From the human T2T-CHM13v2.0 reference genome, Homo sapiens, in assembly GCF_009914755.1 (NCBI RefSeq), contig NC_060937.1: a DNA stretch of 64,000 nt; one strand, given 5' to 3'. Within the stretch, counting starts at the first letter, position 1. Every line of letters begins with the position of its first letter. This document shows positions 43,406 to 61,491 of the stretch, in pieces. Under the pieces are notes generated by a model. The model was not told where the DNA came from, searched no databases, and saw only the letters and a program-made list of their open reading frames with translations. The position numbers were made by a program, and so were the translations under genes.

Positions 43406-43639
43406 TAAAAACTCATTAATTACTGGTGTCTTTAGACTCCCTCTGTCCCTCCCCTCCATCCCCAACATTTACTTTTAAAATTTAAGACAAAACTTAAACA
43501 TTAAACAATTATGAATTTAATTCCCCCATTTATATTACATTGATTAAGCTTTACACTATGACCCAGGTTCTAGGTGGTTGGGACACAATGGTTCAATCCC
43601 TGTCTAGTAAATAAAACGGACACCTTAAGCGCTACAATC

Positions 43640-44780
43640 AAGGTGCGCACGGGGTGCTACAGAACAATACGCAGACAGGAGGAGGTGGGGGGAAAGGTGA
43701 GACTTCCCAGGCAGGTGTCATCCCAGAATAACTTTTACACAGGGTGACTAAGCGAGTTAGTGACTGCGCGGAAAACGGGCTTCCAAGGTTCACAAGGCTC
43801 GTGCAGCGGCTCCGGGAGTTATGTCACAGTAAGCTTACTATCATCCTTTGGGCATCTGCTTTACGGATGAGTTCATCAGGATTTAAAGGATCTTGGTTCC
43901 ATATCCTTCCCCTTCCTCACAGAGGCCGCCAGCCCGGAGCCCCTCTAGGCCCTCCTCCCTCCTGCATCTACTGGCCGCGAGCCTTTCCCTCCCCGCCCCC
44001 TTCACACAGGCCGCCCCCAGCCTCCCAACCCCCCGGTTCCGTTCCACGGGAGGCCCCGGCCTCCCTGCCCTCTCCTCCACCGTTCTACCCGCATCGCCCG
44101 GCTTCCCGCAAGCCGCTGGCACCGTCCCCTCAACACCCTCCGCCCACCGCCACTCCCTTCCACTGAGGGGGACCGGGCTGCCTTCTCTCTGACCCGCCGT
44201 TCTCCGCCCCCACCCACTTCCCCAGGCCTCCCGCACCACCCCCTTCCCGCCGCGCTCTCTCCCGCCCCCGCGCTTCCGGCCCCGCCCGCCCCCGCGCGGA
44301 GGACTGTGGGAGCGGCTTCCTTGGATTCCGCGCTTGGCAACGGCTCGGCGTCGCGCTTTGGCCAACCGCTGCGTCGTCCCTGGGCCCGAATAACTGTCGC
44401 CCGCTTCCCTCAGCGTGAGGTAGGAGAAGGGCGCTGGGGCCTAGTGCCTCAGGGCCCCTGGCAGCCGTGCCCCTGCGGCGTCCTGTGTGGCGCATCCCGC
44501 CGAGGGCCTCTTCGCCCGTCTCCTGCCCGCCCCTGTCGGCCCCGGGGCGGTCTGAGGCGGGGCCCCAGATGGACTTGGCCTGCCCCTGCTTTTCTTCCTC
44601 AGGCTCCCGAGTTGTCTACTCAGAAACGCGGGCGTTGTTTCTCACATCGGTGTCCCCAGCTCACAGGCTTTTCTTGCTCCTCTGAACTGGGACGGGCGTC
44701 GCTGACCGCTTGGCGATGTCCCAAGTCCCAGTCACGCCTGACGGGGAAACTTAAAACCCAGTTAGATTACTGCGCCAGCT
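43640..44780 (+). promoter_or_regulatory. IFT88: IFT88 CpG-island promoter
   Basis: CpG-dense; multiple CCGCCC GC boxes; ETS-like CTTCCGG at 44273-44279; RFX X-box half-site GGCAAC at 44336-44341. Confidence 0.9.
44300..44419 (+). other. IFT88: IFT88 non-coding exon 1 (5' end approximate)
   Basis: Lies in the CpG island and ends at a GAG|GTAGGA donor (GT at 44420). The TSS cannot be fixed from sequence alone. Confidence 0.75.
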
Positions 44781-44832
44781 CTGGAATCGCACAGCAGAGA
44801 TGGTGCACATCGCTCTTTAATTTTCTTGTTAG

Positions 44833-44906
44833 GTGAAGCACTTCAGATTGCCTGATGAAAGTTGAATCAGGAATGAAGATAAAAGTACACAACAATGCAG
44901 AAAGCG
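44833..44906 (+). other. IFT88: Candidate alternative IFT88 5' exon
   Basis: Pyrimidine tract ttttcttgttag acceptor, purine-rich body and a weak GCG|GTACTT donor. Confidence 0.4.
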
Positions 44907-45077
44907 GTACTTAGCCTCACAAAGATGGAAACATTCCAAAAACGTGAAGTACTGTTGTCCCAAGATTCTTTCTAAGCCTAAAATTACACTTTTACTAGTC
45001 CGATTTTCTGGTTGTGAGTTTTTTTTGTTTGTTTTTTTTTTTTTCGAGAAACTGCAGTAGGCTTCTTGGAAGTAGAC

Positions 45078-45290
45078 CAAGGGTGTCCAATCTTTGGCTT
45101 CCCTGGGCCACATCGGAAGAAGAATTGTCTTGGGCCACACATGAAATTCACAAACACTAAGGTAGCCGATGAGCTTTAAAAAAAATCGCAAAAAAGAATC
45201 TCATAATGCTTCCAGAAAGTTTACGAATTTGTGTTGGGCCACATTCAAAGCCGTCCTGTGCCACGTGCGGGCCGGGGTTGGAAAAGCTTG
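45078..45290 (+). mobile_element. MER30 (hAT-Charlie non-autonomous DNA transposon)
   Basis: caagggtgtccaatctttggcttccctgggccacatcggaagaagaattgtcttgggccacac...ggttggaaaagcttg; perfect 8-bp TSD aagtagac at 45070-45077 and 45291-45298. Confidence 0.92.
45141..45161 (+). CDS. IFT88: IFT88 long-isoform alternative coding start, MKFTNTK (inside MER30)
   Basis: ATGAAATTCACAAACACTAAG|GTAGCC. A phase-0 join to GTACAAATG at 51540 gives MKFTNTKVQMMQNV, the N-terminus I recall for the long human IFT88 isoform. Confidence 0.85.
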
Positions 45291-45747
45291 AAGTAGACTG
45301 TCCATAGTCAGTAGAAGAGTATTAAAAAACATACCTTTCACTTAAAAAAAAAAAAGGTTTTGCCAGCATTTGATTTATATTAAACATAGGTGGCATCATC
45401 CCCAGATTATTTCAACATGGAAAAGTTTGTTACATGTATAAGCTGCTTTGGAAATTGCCTGGAGAATCCAGAAACCCTGGGTTGTATAACAACAGTTGTT
45501 CTGCCACCCATAGCTATTAGCCATGCTTGATTCCCTTCAACTTTCCTGGCCTCACTTTCCACATCTTTTAATATTTGTATGTTCCACAAGATGTCTATTC
45601 AACTAAAGTCTCAAGTCAAACCTTTTAAAAATCTGGTTACAACCTAGCAGAAAGGATTTCTCATTCTAAAAGTTGCTTCCTTCTATAACTTATGTGTCAA
45701 CTAAGCTGACTTAAATAGGGTTCATAATCCGAAATTATGGTTCAGAA

Positions 45748-45811
45748 TAGTGGTTCTCAAAGTGGTCCCCAGACCAGTAGCCTCAGCATCACTTGGGTTT
45801 AAGAACCACTG
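45748..45811. mobile_element. Internally deleted MER5A-like element
   Basis: Terminal inverted repeats agtggttct...agaaccact enclosing only ~64 bp. Confidence 0.65.
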
Positions 45812-45884
45812 GTTTAGTATTATCTGAGCTAAAGCTTTTAATTAAAAATATTTTATATATCTTTTACCAGTGACTTTTAATACC

Positions 45885-46183
45885 TTTTTTTTTCTTTTTG
45901 AGACGGAGTCGCACGCTCTGTTGCCCAGGCTGGAGTGCAGTGGCGGCAATCTCGGTTTACTGCAAGCTCCGCCTCCCGGGTTCATGCCATTCTCCTGCCT
46001 CAGCCTCCCGAGTAGCTGGGACTACAGGCGCCCGCCACCATGCCCAGCTAATTTTTTGTATTTTTAGTAGAGACGGGGTTTCACCGTGTTAGCCAGGATG
46101 GTCTCGATCTCCTGACCTCGTGATCCGCCCGCCTCGGCCTCCCAGAGTGTTGGGATTACAAGCGTGAGCCACGACGCCTGGCC
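45885..46183 (-). mobile_element. AluY
   Basis: CpG-rich, near-consensus AluY; TSD cttttaata. Confidence 0.96.
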
Positions 46184-46274
46184 CTTTTAATAACCTTTTG
46201 AAGCTATTTTGGAATGCCATTTCTATGTGGGTGACATTTGCCCTCATAGTAGTTAATTTTCATCTTCAAAAAGT

Positions 46275-48045
<1,771 letters not shown>

Positions 48046-48149
48046 AACTAATAATTTTGTTAGTATTTAAAATATATAAATAATTTTTAAAGGTTATGAG
48101 AAGCCACATATATGTGGTATTATGCTGAGAAAAAGATTAAGCTGAAAAT

Positions 48150-48472
48150 TTATTTTTTATTTATTTATTTTTATTATTTATTTATTTTTTGAGACAGAGT
48201 CTGGCTCTGTCGCCTAGGCAGGGGTGTGGTGGCACAATCTCGGCCCACTGCAACCTCCGCCTCCCAGGTTCAGGCCATTCTCCTGCCTCAGCCTCCTGAG
48301 TACCTGGGATTACAGGTGCCTGCTATCATGCCCGGCTAATTTTTTTGTATTTTTAGTAGAGACGGGGTTTCACCATATTAGCCAGGATGGTCTCGATCTC
48401 CTGACCTCGTGATCTGCCTGCCTCGGCCTCCCAAAGTGCTGGGATTATAGGCGTGAGCCACTGCGCCCAGCC
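48150..48472 (-). mobile_element. Alu
   Basis: TSD taagctgaaaattt. Confidence 0.94.
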
Positions 48473-48753
48473 TAAGCTGAAAATTTCTTAGGAATTTGCT
48501 GGTGCACTTAAAATGTACAGGCCTTAAGAAAATATGTATTTGCTTTAAAGAAAATACATTTCTTGAATACTAGCAATACTACATTTCTTGGGTAATTAGC
48601 CTTCCTCCACCTCCCACCCCTCAAATTGCCTAAAATATTGACTTGATTTGAATGATACTTCCAGGAATCCTTGCCAGATTCTTTAGTAATTATTAGATTT
48701 ACAGTATATCTATATGGTAATTTCATTTCTCCCATGCTTCTGTCCAAGTCAAA

Positions 48754-49188
48754 ATGTAGAGATGAATCTTGAAATTTTACATTTTTATTTGGGAAGAAAG
48801 AATTGCAGTTTGAGGACCAGGTGGTCTTTGGTATGTCCAAAGAACAAAGAGAAGGTTGGAGGTTTATCAAAAGGAGAAGTGTCATGTAGTGCTCTTTGAG
48901 AAAGTTCACTGGAACTAGTGAGGTTCTGGGAAGCTGGCAAGTTCTAATTGGTGGGTAGCTGTGGTGGGCACAATTAGTCCTATATTTGCAGCAAGTTATC
49001 TCAGCAGCTATAAATAAAATTGGCCTCAGGTTTTAGCAGCCAGTTTCAGCAGCCAGACTTGCAGAGAATTCCATTCTTCAAGCAATGTTATGTGTCCTGA
49101 GTGCCTCCCCACCAACACACCCCAGCTTCTTGACTCTGTTTTAGTTGGGTATGACAAGAATGACTCAAATTTGTATGATCAGCTTTCA
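48754..49188 (-). mobile_element. Probable ERV1 solo LTR (MER31/MER67-like, tentative)
   Basis: tgtagagatgaatctt...tttgggaagaaagaattgcagtttg...gtatgatcagctttca. Confidence 0.45.
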
Positions 49189-49239
49189 CTCTTCTGTTTC
49201 ATTTTGCTTTGATATCTTTTTTTTCTGTCTTGCATTTTT

Positions 49240-50930
<1,691 letters not shown>

Positions 50931-51176
50931 TTTAATTGACTGTTGCATACCTTTCTTCTGCACTTGATACTAAGCTTCCATGAAAATCAGGACAATCAAT
51001 TGTACCCCCTCTAGTGCCTGTCACTGTTCTTTCAGTGTCGTAGTTGTGAAATAAATGTGAAATGAGGACAATAACTTAATGTTTTGACATCTAGTTTTGG
51101 GAATTTGATGTGAAAAAAATTGAAGCCATGAAAATATATATAGATAAATTTGACCACAAATGTCATTAAATAGTTA

Positions 51177-51484
<308 letters not shown>

Positions 51485-51545
51485 TATATATATATATTTC
51501 TTATACCAAGAACATATTTACACTGCCAGTTTTTCCTAGGTACAA

Positions 51546-51635
51546 ATGATGCAAAATGTGCACCTGGCTCCAGAGACAGATGAAGATGATCTTTATTCCG
51601 GCTATAATGACTACAATCCAATCTATGATATCGAG
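51546..51635 (+). CDS. IFT88: IFT88 first constitutive coding exon (exon 51540-51635), MMQNVHLAPETDEDDLYSGYNDYNPIYDIE
   Basis: Acceptor ttttcctag|G at 51540 and donor GAG|GTAACA at 51636; 90 coding nt, phase 0; peptide matches the IFT88 N-terminus. Confidence 0.97.
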
Positions 51636-52603
51636 GTAACAAAAGCTAGTTGTTTTTTACATTGGTCTTGGTTAACCAGCTGGTTTATGAAGACTGTGGA
51701 TTTGAGAGTTCTACTTTATTATGCTTTAGATTAAATAAGCTGATTCAAAAACCTAGAAAAGTGCTATTACAGAAGACTCTACTGACTTCCACCAAAAATA
51801 ATAATTGCAGCAGAAGGAAAGATCATGAGACAGGTTACAAAAATGAATTAAGGTGAATTATATATACTTGTATTCTTCAGCACTAGCTATCCAAATGTGT
51901 AAAAGACTTAGATCACCTGAAAGTATTTAAAATTAGGGTTTTAAGAAAAATTTTAAAGTTGAAATGTCTTGTTTTTTGGTTTTAATTTTTGTGAGTACAT
52001 AGTAGGTGCATATATTTATGGGGAATATGGGATATTTTGATACAGGCATACAATGTGTAATAATCACATAAGGGTAAATAGGGTTTCTGTTACATCAAGC
52101 ATTTATCCTTTGTGTTCCAAACAATCCGATTATATTCTTTTAGTTATTTTTAAATGTACAATTAAATTATTGACTATAGTCACCCCATTTTGCTATCAAA
52201 TACTAGATCTTACGCTTTCTTTTTGTTTTTTTTTTGTACCTATTAACCATTCTCACCCCCTCCCCTGCCACTACCCTTCCCAGCCTCTGGTAATCATCCT
52301 TCTATTCTTTATCTCCTTGAGTTCAGTTGTTTTAATTTTTAGATCCCAGAAATAAGTGAAAACATGCGATGTTTGTCTTTCTGTGCCTGGCTTATTTCAC
52401 TTAATAGAATGGCCTCCAGTTCCATCCACATTATTGCAAATGACAGGATCTCATTCTTTTTTATGGCTAGTTTTCCATTGTATATATGTACATTTTCTTT
52501 ATCCATTTGTCTGTTGACAGACACTTAGGTTGCTTCCAAATCTTGGCTATTGTGAATACTGCTGCAGCAAACATGGGAGTGCAGATATCTTTTTGATATA
52601 CTG

Positions 52604-53012
52604 TGATAGAGTTTGTATATTTATCCCCACGCACATCTCATGTTGAATTGTAATACCCAGCATTGGAGGTGAGACCTGGTGGGAGGCGATAGGATCATGA
52701 GAGTGGATTTCTCATGAATGGTTTAGCATGATCTTCTTGGTGCCATCCTCACCCCATGTGATGTGACTGCTCCCATTTTGCCTTCTGTCATGAGTGAAAG
52801 CTCCCTGAGGCCTCCCCAGAAACTGAGCAGATACTGATATCATGCTTGTACAGCCTGCAGAACGATGAGCCAATCAAACCTCTTTTCTTTATAAATTACC
52901 CAATCTCAAGCATTCTCTGGTGCAAAAGTAACTGCAGTTTTTGCCATTTTAATTGCAAAACTGCAATTACTTTGGCGCCAACCTAATAGCAATGCAAGAA
53001 CGGCCTGGTACA
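52604..53012 (+). mobile_element. MSTA/MSTB MaLR LTR
   Basis: tgatagagtttg...cggcctggtaca; 5-bp TSD tactg. Confidence 0.85.
52918..52988. mobile_element. MADE1 (Hsmar1-derived MITE), left end truncated
   Basis: tggtgcaaaagtaactgcagtttttgcca...tgcaaaactgcaattactttggcgccaacctaa palindrome. Confidence 0.88.
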
Positions 53013-55193
53013 TACTGATTTCTTTTCGTTTGAGTATATTCCTAGCAGTGGGATTGTTGGATCATATGATAGATCTATTTTTAGTTTTTTGAGGAACCTC
53101 TAAACTGTTCTCCATAGTAGTTGTACTAATTTACATTCTCACTAACAGTATATGAGGGTTCCCTTTTCTCCACATTCTCACCACCATTTGTTATTACCTG
53201 TCTTTTGGATAAAAGCCATTTTAACTGGAATGAGATGACATCTCGTTGTAGTTTTGATTTCCATTTCTCTGATGGTCAATAATGTTGAGCACTTTTTCAT
53301 ATACATGCTTGCCATTTGTATGTCTTCTTTTTAGAAATATCTATTCAGATCTTTTGCCCATTTTTAAATCAGATTATTAGATTTTTTCCTACAGAGTTGT
53401 TTGAGTTCCTTACATATTCTGGTTATTAATCCCTTGTCAGAGGGATAGTTTATAAATATTTTCTCCCATTCTGTGGGTTGTCTCTTCACTTCATTGTTTC
53501 CTTTGTCGTGCAGAAGCTTTTTAACTTGATGTGATCTCATTTGTCCATTTTTGCTTTGATTGCCTGTGCTTGTGGGGTATTACTCAATAAATCTTTGCCC
53601 AGTCCAGTGTCCTGGAGAGTTTCCCTAGTGTTTTCTTTTAGTAGTTTCATAGTTTGAGGTCTTAGATTTCTAAGTCCTTCATCCATTTTTATTTGATTTT
53701 TGCATATGGTGAGAGATAAGGGTCTAGTTTCATTCTTCTGCATGTGGATATTCAATTTTCTCAGCACCATTTATTGAAGAGAATGTCTTTTCCCTAATGT
53801 ATGTTTCTGGCACCTTTGTCAAAAATGAGTTCACTGTAGATGTCTAGATTTGTTTCTGGGTTCTCTATTCTGTTCCATTAGTCTGTCTGTTTTTATGCCA
53901 GTATCATGCTGTTTTGGTTACTATAGCTCTATAGTGTAATTTGAAGTCAGGTAATGTAATTCTTCAGTTTTGTTCTTTTTGCTCAGGACAGCTTTGGCTA
54001 TTCTGGGTCTTTTGTAGTTCTATATAGACTTTAGGATGTTTTCTTCTGTTTCTGTGAATAATGACACTGGTATTTTGATAGGTGTTGCACCGAATCTGTA
54101 GATTACTTTGGGTAGTATGGACATTTTAACAATATTGGTTTTTCCAATCTATGAACATGAAACATCTTTCCATTTTCTTATGTCCTCTTCAGTTTCTTGC
54201 ACCAATGTTTTATAGGTTTCATTGTAGATATTTTCACTTCTTTGGTTAAGTTAATTTCTAGATATTTAATTTTATTCGTAGATATTCTAAATGGGATTAC
54301 TTTCGTGATTTATTTTCCAGATTGTTCACTTTTGACATATAGAAATGCTACTGATTTTTGTAGGTTGATTTTGTATCCTGCAACCTTACTGAATTTATCA
54401 GTTCTAATAGTTTTTTGGTGGAGTCTTTATGTTTTTCCAAATATAAGATCATATCATCTATAAACTAGGGTAATTTGACTTTTTCCTTTCTGGTTTGGAT
54501 GCCCTTTATTTCTTTCTCTTGCCTGATTGCACTAGCTAGGATTTCCAGTACTATGTTGAATAACAGTGGTGACAGTGGTCATCCTTGGCATGTTCCAGAT
54601 CTTAAAGGAAAGGCTTTCAGTTTTTTTTCATTCAGTATATTAGTTGTGAGTCTGTTACATGACTTTTTTCACGTTGAGGTATGTTTCTTCTATACACAGT
54701 TTTTTTTTAGGGTTTTTATGAAGGGATGTTGAATTTTACCTAATGCTTTTTCAGCATCAGTTGAAATGATCATGTGGTTTTTGTTCTTTATTCTGTCGAT
54801 ATGATGTATTACATTGATTGATTTGCATAAGTTGAACCATCCTTGCATCCCTGGGCTAAATCCCACTTGGTGATGATGAATGATCTTTCTAATGTATTGT
54901 TGGATTTGGTTTGCTAGTGTTTTATTGAGGATTTTTGCATCAATGTTCATCAGGGATGTTGGTCTATAATTTTCTTTCTTTGATGCATCTTTGTCAGGTT
55001 TTGGTATCGGTAATACTGGCCTTATAGAATGAGTTTGGAAGTATTTCCTCTTTCTCTGTTTTTTGGAGTAATTTGAGTAGGATTTATATTAGTTCTTCTT
55101 TAAATGTCTGGTAAAATTCAGCAGTGAAGCCATCAGGTGCCGAGCTTTTCTTTGCTGGGAGACTTTTTATTGTGGCTTCAGTCTTGTTACTTC

Positions 55194-56004
<811 letters not shown>

Positions 56005-57378
56005 GATCCTTCACATTTCTATGGTATCAGTTGTAATGTCCCTTTTTTATCTCTGATTTTACTTATTTTGGTCTTCTCTCTTTCTTTGTAGTTAGTCTGG
56101 CTAACGGTTTGTCAATTTTATCTTTTCACAAAACCAACTTTTTGTTTTGTTGATCTTTTGTATTGTTGTCTTTGATTCATTTTCATTTATTCTGCTCTGA
56201 TATTTATTATTTTCTTTGGGTTTGGTTTGCTTTGCTTTTCTAGTTCGAGATGCATCATTAGGTTATTTGAAGTTTTTCTTCTTTTTTGATGTAAACACTT
56301 ATAACTATAAACTTCTCTCTTAATACTGTTTTCACTGTATCCCACAGCTTTTGGTGAAACCAGCCAGGCTTGTATCCTTCCCTTAAGTCAACCAGTTCCC
56401 CTGGGCCCTGGGTGGGTCCAGAGATGCTGTCTGGGAGCCAGGGCCTGGAGTCAGAATCCTTAGAAATTTGCTTGGTGCTCTATTCTTCTGCTGCTGCTGA
56501 GCTGGCACTGAACCGTAAGACAAAGTCCTTTCCACTCTTTCCACCCTTTTCCCCAGGCAGCAGATTCTCTCCTGTGTCTGTCACCACAACAGACCCGCAG
56601 AGAGTACTACCAGGGTATCGCCAATGTTTACTTAAGGCCCAAGGGCTATTCCTTCAGGTTTTGGTGAATTCTGCCAGGCCTGGGACTCACCCTTCAAGGC
56701 AGTGGGTGTCCCTCTGGCTCAGGGTAGGTCCAGAAATGCTACCCAAGAGCCAAGGCCTGGAATCAGGGACCCTAAGAACCCACTTGATGCTCTAACCCAC
56801 TGTGGCTGAGCTGATACCTAAGTTGCAAGACAAAGTCCCCTTTACTCTCCCCTCTTCTCATCTCAAACAGAAGCAGTCTCTCTTTGTAGCCACCACAGCT
56901 GTGAATGTGCTGGGTCACACCTGAAACCAGTAGATCTCAGAGTCTCACCCAAGTCCCACTGTATGTACTACCTGGTTATTGCTGCTGATTATTCAGGACC
57001 CAAGGGCCCTTTATTCAGCAGTGACGAATCCTGCCATGGCTGGGTTCTTTCCTTCAAGGGAATTTAGTATAAATCAGGAAAACCATTGAAACCTCCTCAT
57101 TCTCCCAATTATAAAATTAAGAAATGCTTATGGAAACAAAAACTAGTAATCCCATCACTCAAGAAATAACTACTGTCAACATTTTAAACATTTTTGTGCT
57201 TTGTCTTTCCTTCATGTATACATACACAATTTTCTTTTAGTATGTTTGGAATTGAACTAGTAATTACTTTTCTGTTTACTTTTTTACATTCAACTACATC
57301 ATAAGCAGTGTCTCATGATACTAAATATTTGAATATTACTTTAATGACTACATAATATTGAAAATATATAGGTGATTA

Positions 57379-59023
<1,645 letters not shown>

Positions 59024-60110
59024 AGATAATTTAAAGTAAAAATTAAGAAGACTTGTATGCAATAAAACTGTGTTTTAAAAGCACTGTATTAGCATCCTGG
59101 TAATATAAACATTTTATTTTGATTATTTTCAAATTTTTAAAAAGTTAATTGATAGTGACTTTATTTTTTTTTGTATTGTTTATTTTTAAAATAATTGACA
59201 AGTGTGTATTTTTGTGGGAAGTAGATTGAAATAAATCAGAGGCAAGGATGAGAACTGCATTTAATGTGTCTGAAGGGTTAAAGCCGGAGTGTGTGTTAGA
59301 GAAGGGGAAGTAGGAAATACGGGATGGTTGGAAGATTGACTGTTGGTGAGACTGGGTGCTTTTGAGAGACTATAAAAATGGTATTTTGTTCAGGAAACAC
59401 AGGAACCCTTATATCCTGCCCTTGATTACTGTTCTTTTCCTCAAATTTCCTGAAGGGGAATGTAAGTACATTTCAGGAATCAGCAAAGCAAAATAACATT
59501 TTATTTCTACTGAGATGTTGATTCCAAATGGCAGTGCAGGTTGGACTTGTTGAGCCCCCCCATTTGCTTAGATTAGCTCCAGTCTGCGTCTCAGACTTGA
59601 CCTCTCCAGTGAGATGAAAAATCCTTTTCATTTGGGCAGATGGAAATGGCACCAAAGAGAGTGCCCCCTGCTTGTAGAAAATATGGCCTTTTCTATCCTG
59701 AGGTAGGGTGGGAGAAGAGGAGAAAGACAGGGGGATGGTGGGGAGAGAGAGAGAAAGAGAGATGTAAATCTCCAATTCCAAGCCACCAGGAAAAAAGAAA
59801 CAGAAGAAAGGCCACATCCTTGTATACTTGATGTTTCAACCCGGCACTGTGATACCACTCATTAAAACTGTAGCCAATAAGATGTCCATAAAATTGACTA
59901 ACATGACCGGTACTCCTCATTCTGGGAGAGGAAGGAGGTTTGCTATTCTGGGTAGTGTGAAGTGGGGAGATTTGAGGTAGGAGTCCTAGATGTCAACAGT
60001 TGGCAATAGATGAATTATAGAGGCTCTTGAGTACCAAACAGCAGTTTAAACTTATTTTTTCCCCCAATTCTTACTCTGTGTTGAATGTTAAATTTGCGTT
60101 TTCATTTTAG

Positions 60111-60173
60111 GAATTGGAGAATGATGCAGCTTTTCAGCAAGCTGTGAGGACTAGTCATGGCAGAAGACCTCCA
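60111..60173 (+). CDS. IFT88: IFT88 next coding exon, ELENDAAFQQAVRTSHGRRPP
   Basis: Acceptor ttttcattttag| and donor CCA|GTAAGT; 63 nt, phase 0-0; continues the IFT88 peptide. Confidence 0.96.
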
Positions 60174-60186
60174 GTAAGTGAAAAAA

Positions 60187-61491
60187 ATTTTTTTTAAATT
60201 GTGGTAAAAAATACATAACATGAAATTTACCAGATTAACCATTTTCACCTGTATATTCCTGTAGTGTTAAAGTTATAACCATCATTAAGTTTAGATGGTA
60301 GTGAAACAGATCTTCAGAAGTTTTTCATCTTGTATATATGAAAGTCTGTATCCATTAAACAAAAACTTCCCATTTTCTCCTACTTCCAAAGCCCCTGTAA
60401 CTACCATTCTACTTTCTATTTCTATGAATTTGACTAATTTAGATACCTTACATAAGTGGAGTCTCAGAGTATTTGTCTTTTTGTGACTGGCTTATTCACT
60501 TAGTATAATGTCCTCAAGGTTCATCCATGTTGTAGCATGTGACAGAATCTCCTTCCTTTTTAAGTTTGAATAGTATTCCATTGTATGTTTATACCACATT
60601 TTGTTTATTCATTCATCTGTCAATGAACACTTGTTCATTTTTGTTATTCAGTTGTAGGAGTTCTCTATATATTCTGGATATTAATGTCTTATCAGATGTC
60701 TGATTTGCAAATATTTTCTTTCATTTTGTAGATTGCTTTTCACACTGATGTGTCCTTTGATACACCAAAGTTTTTTAGTTTGATATAGTCCCAATTGTCC
60801 ATCTTTACTTGTGTTGCTTGTGCTTTTGGTGTCATATTCAAGAAATAATTGCCAAGAACAATGTCATGAAGCTTTTCCCCTATGTTTTCTTCTAGCATTT
60901 TTTGTAGTTTTAGGTCTTACCTTTAGATCTTTAATCCATTTTGTGTTCATTTTTATATATGGTATAAGATAAAGGTCCAAATTCATTATTTTGCACATGG
61001 ATATTTAGTTCTCCCAACACTATTTGCTGTACAGACCGTCCCTTCCCTGTTGAATGGTCTTGGTACCATTGTTGAAGATCATTTAACCATATATGTAAGG
61101 GTTTGTTTCTGGGCTTTCTATGCTGTTCTATTGGTCTATTTGTCTGCCTTTATGCCAGTAACCACACTGTTTTGATTAGTGTAGCTTTATAATATGTTTT
61201 AAAATCAGGAAATGTGAACCTTCCAACTTTGTTCTTTTTCACAGTTGTTTTAGCTACTTGGGGTCCCTTGATATTCCATATGAATTTTAGGATGAATCTC
61301 TATTTCTGTAAAAAAAAAAAAAATGTCATTTGGATAGTAAGGATTTGATAAGGATTGTATTGAATACACTGGGTGGTATGGACATCTTAACAATATTAAG
61401 TCTTTCAGTCTATGAACCTATGAACACAGGATGCCTTTCCATTTGTTTATGTCTTCTTTAATTCATCAATGTTTTGTAGTTTTCAGTGTAT
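60187..61491 (-). mobile_element. L1MA/MB 3' fragment
   Basis: aaattgtggtaaaaaatacataacatgaaatttacc...ggacatcttaacaatattaagtct. Confidence 0.85.

Noticed and set aside
43744-44836. Multiple 100-176 aa ORFs
   Set aside because: IFT88 CpG-island artefacts with no recognisable protein similarity
45014-45060. GTGAGT donor paired with the nearby AG acceptors as a micro-intron
   Set aside because: 35-47 nt is too short for a normal human intron. The donor could still serve a longer version of the upstream exon, which cannot be resolved from sequence.
51636-51734. ORF-track continuation of IFT88 (VTKASCF...)
   Set aside because: Intron read-through past the GT donor at 51636; the true frame resumes at 60111
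53537-54950. Reverse-transcriptase-like ORFs
   Set aside because: Frameshifted remnants of an old L1 ORF2; not an intact element or a novel RT system
56370-56795. 141-aa ORF in an IFT88 intron with internally repeated segments
   Set aside because: Lies in L1-derived 5'-region-like repeated sequence; no exon support
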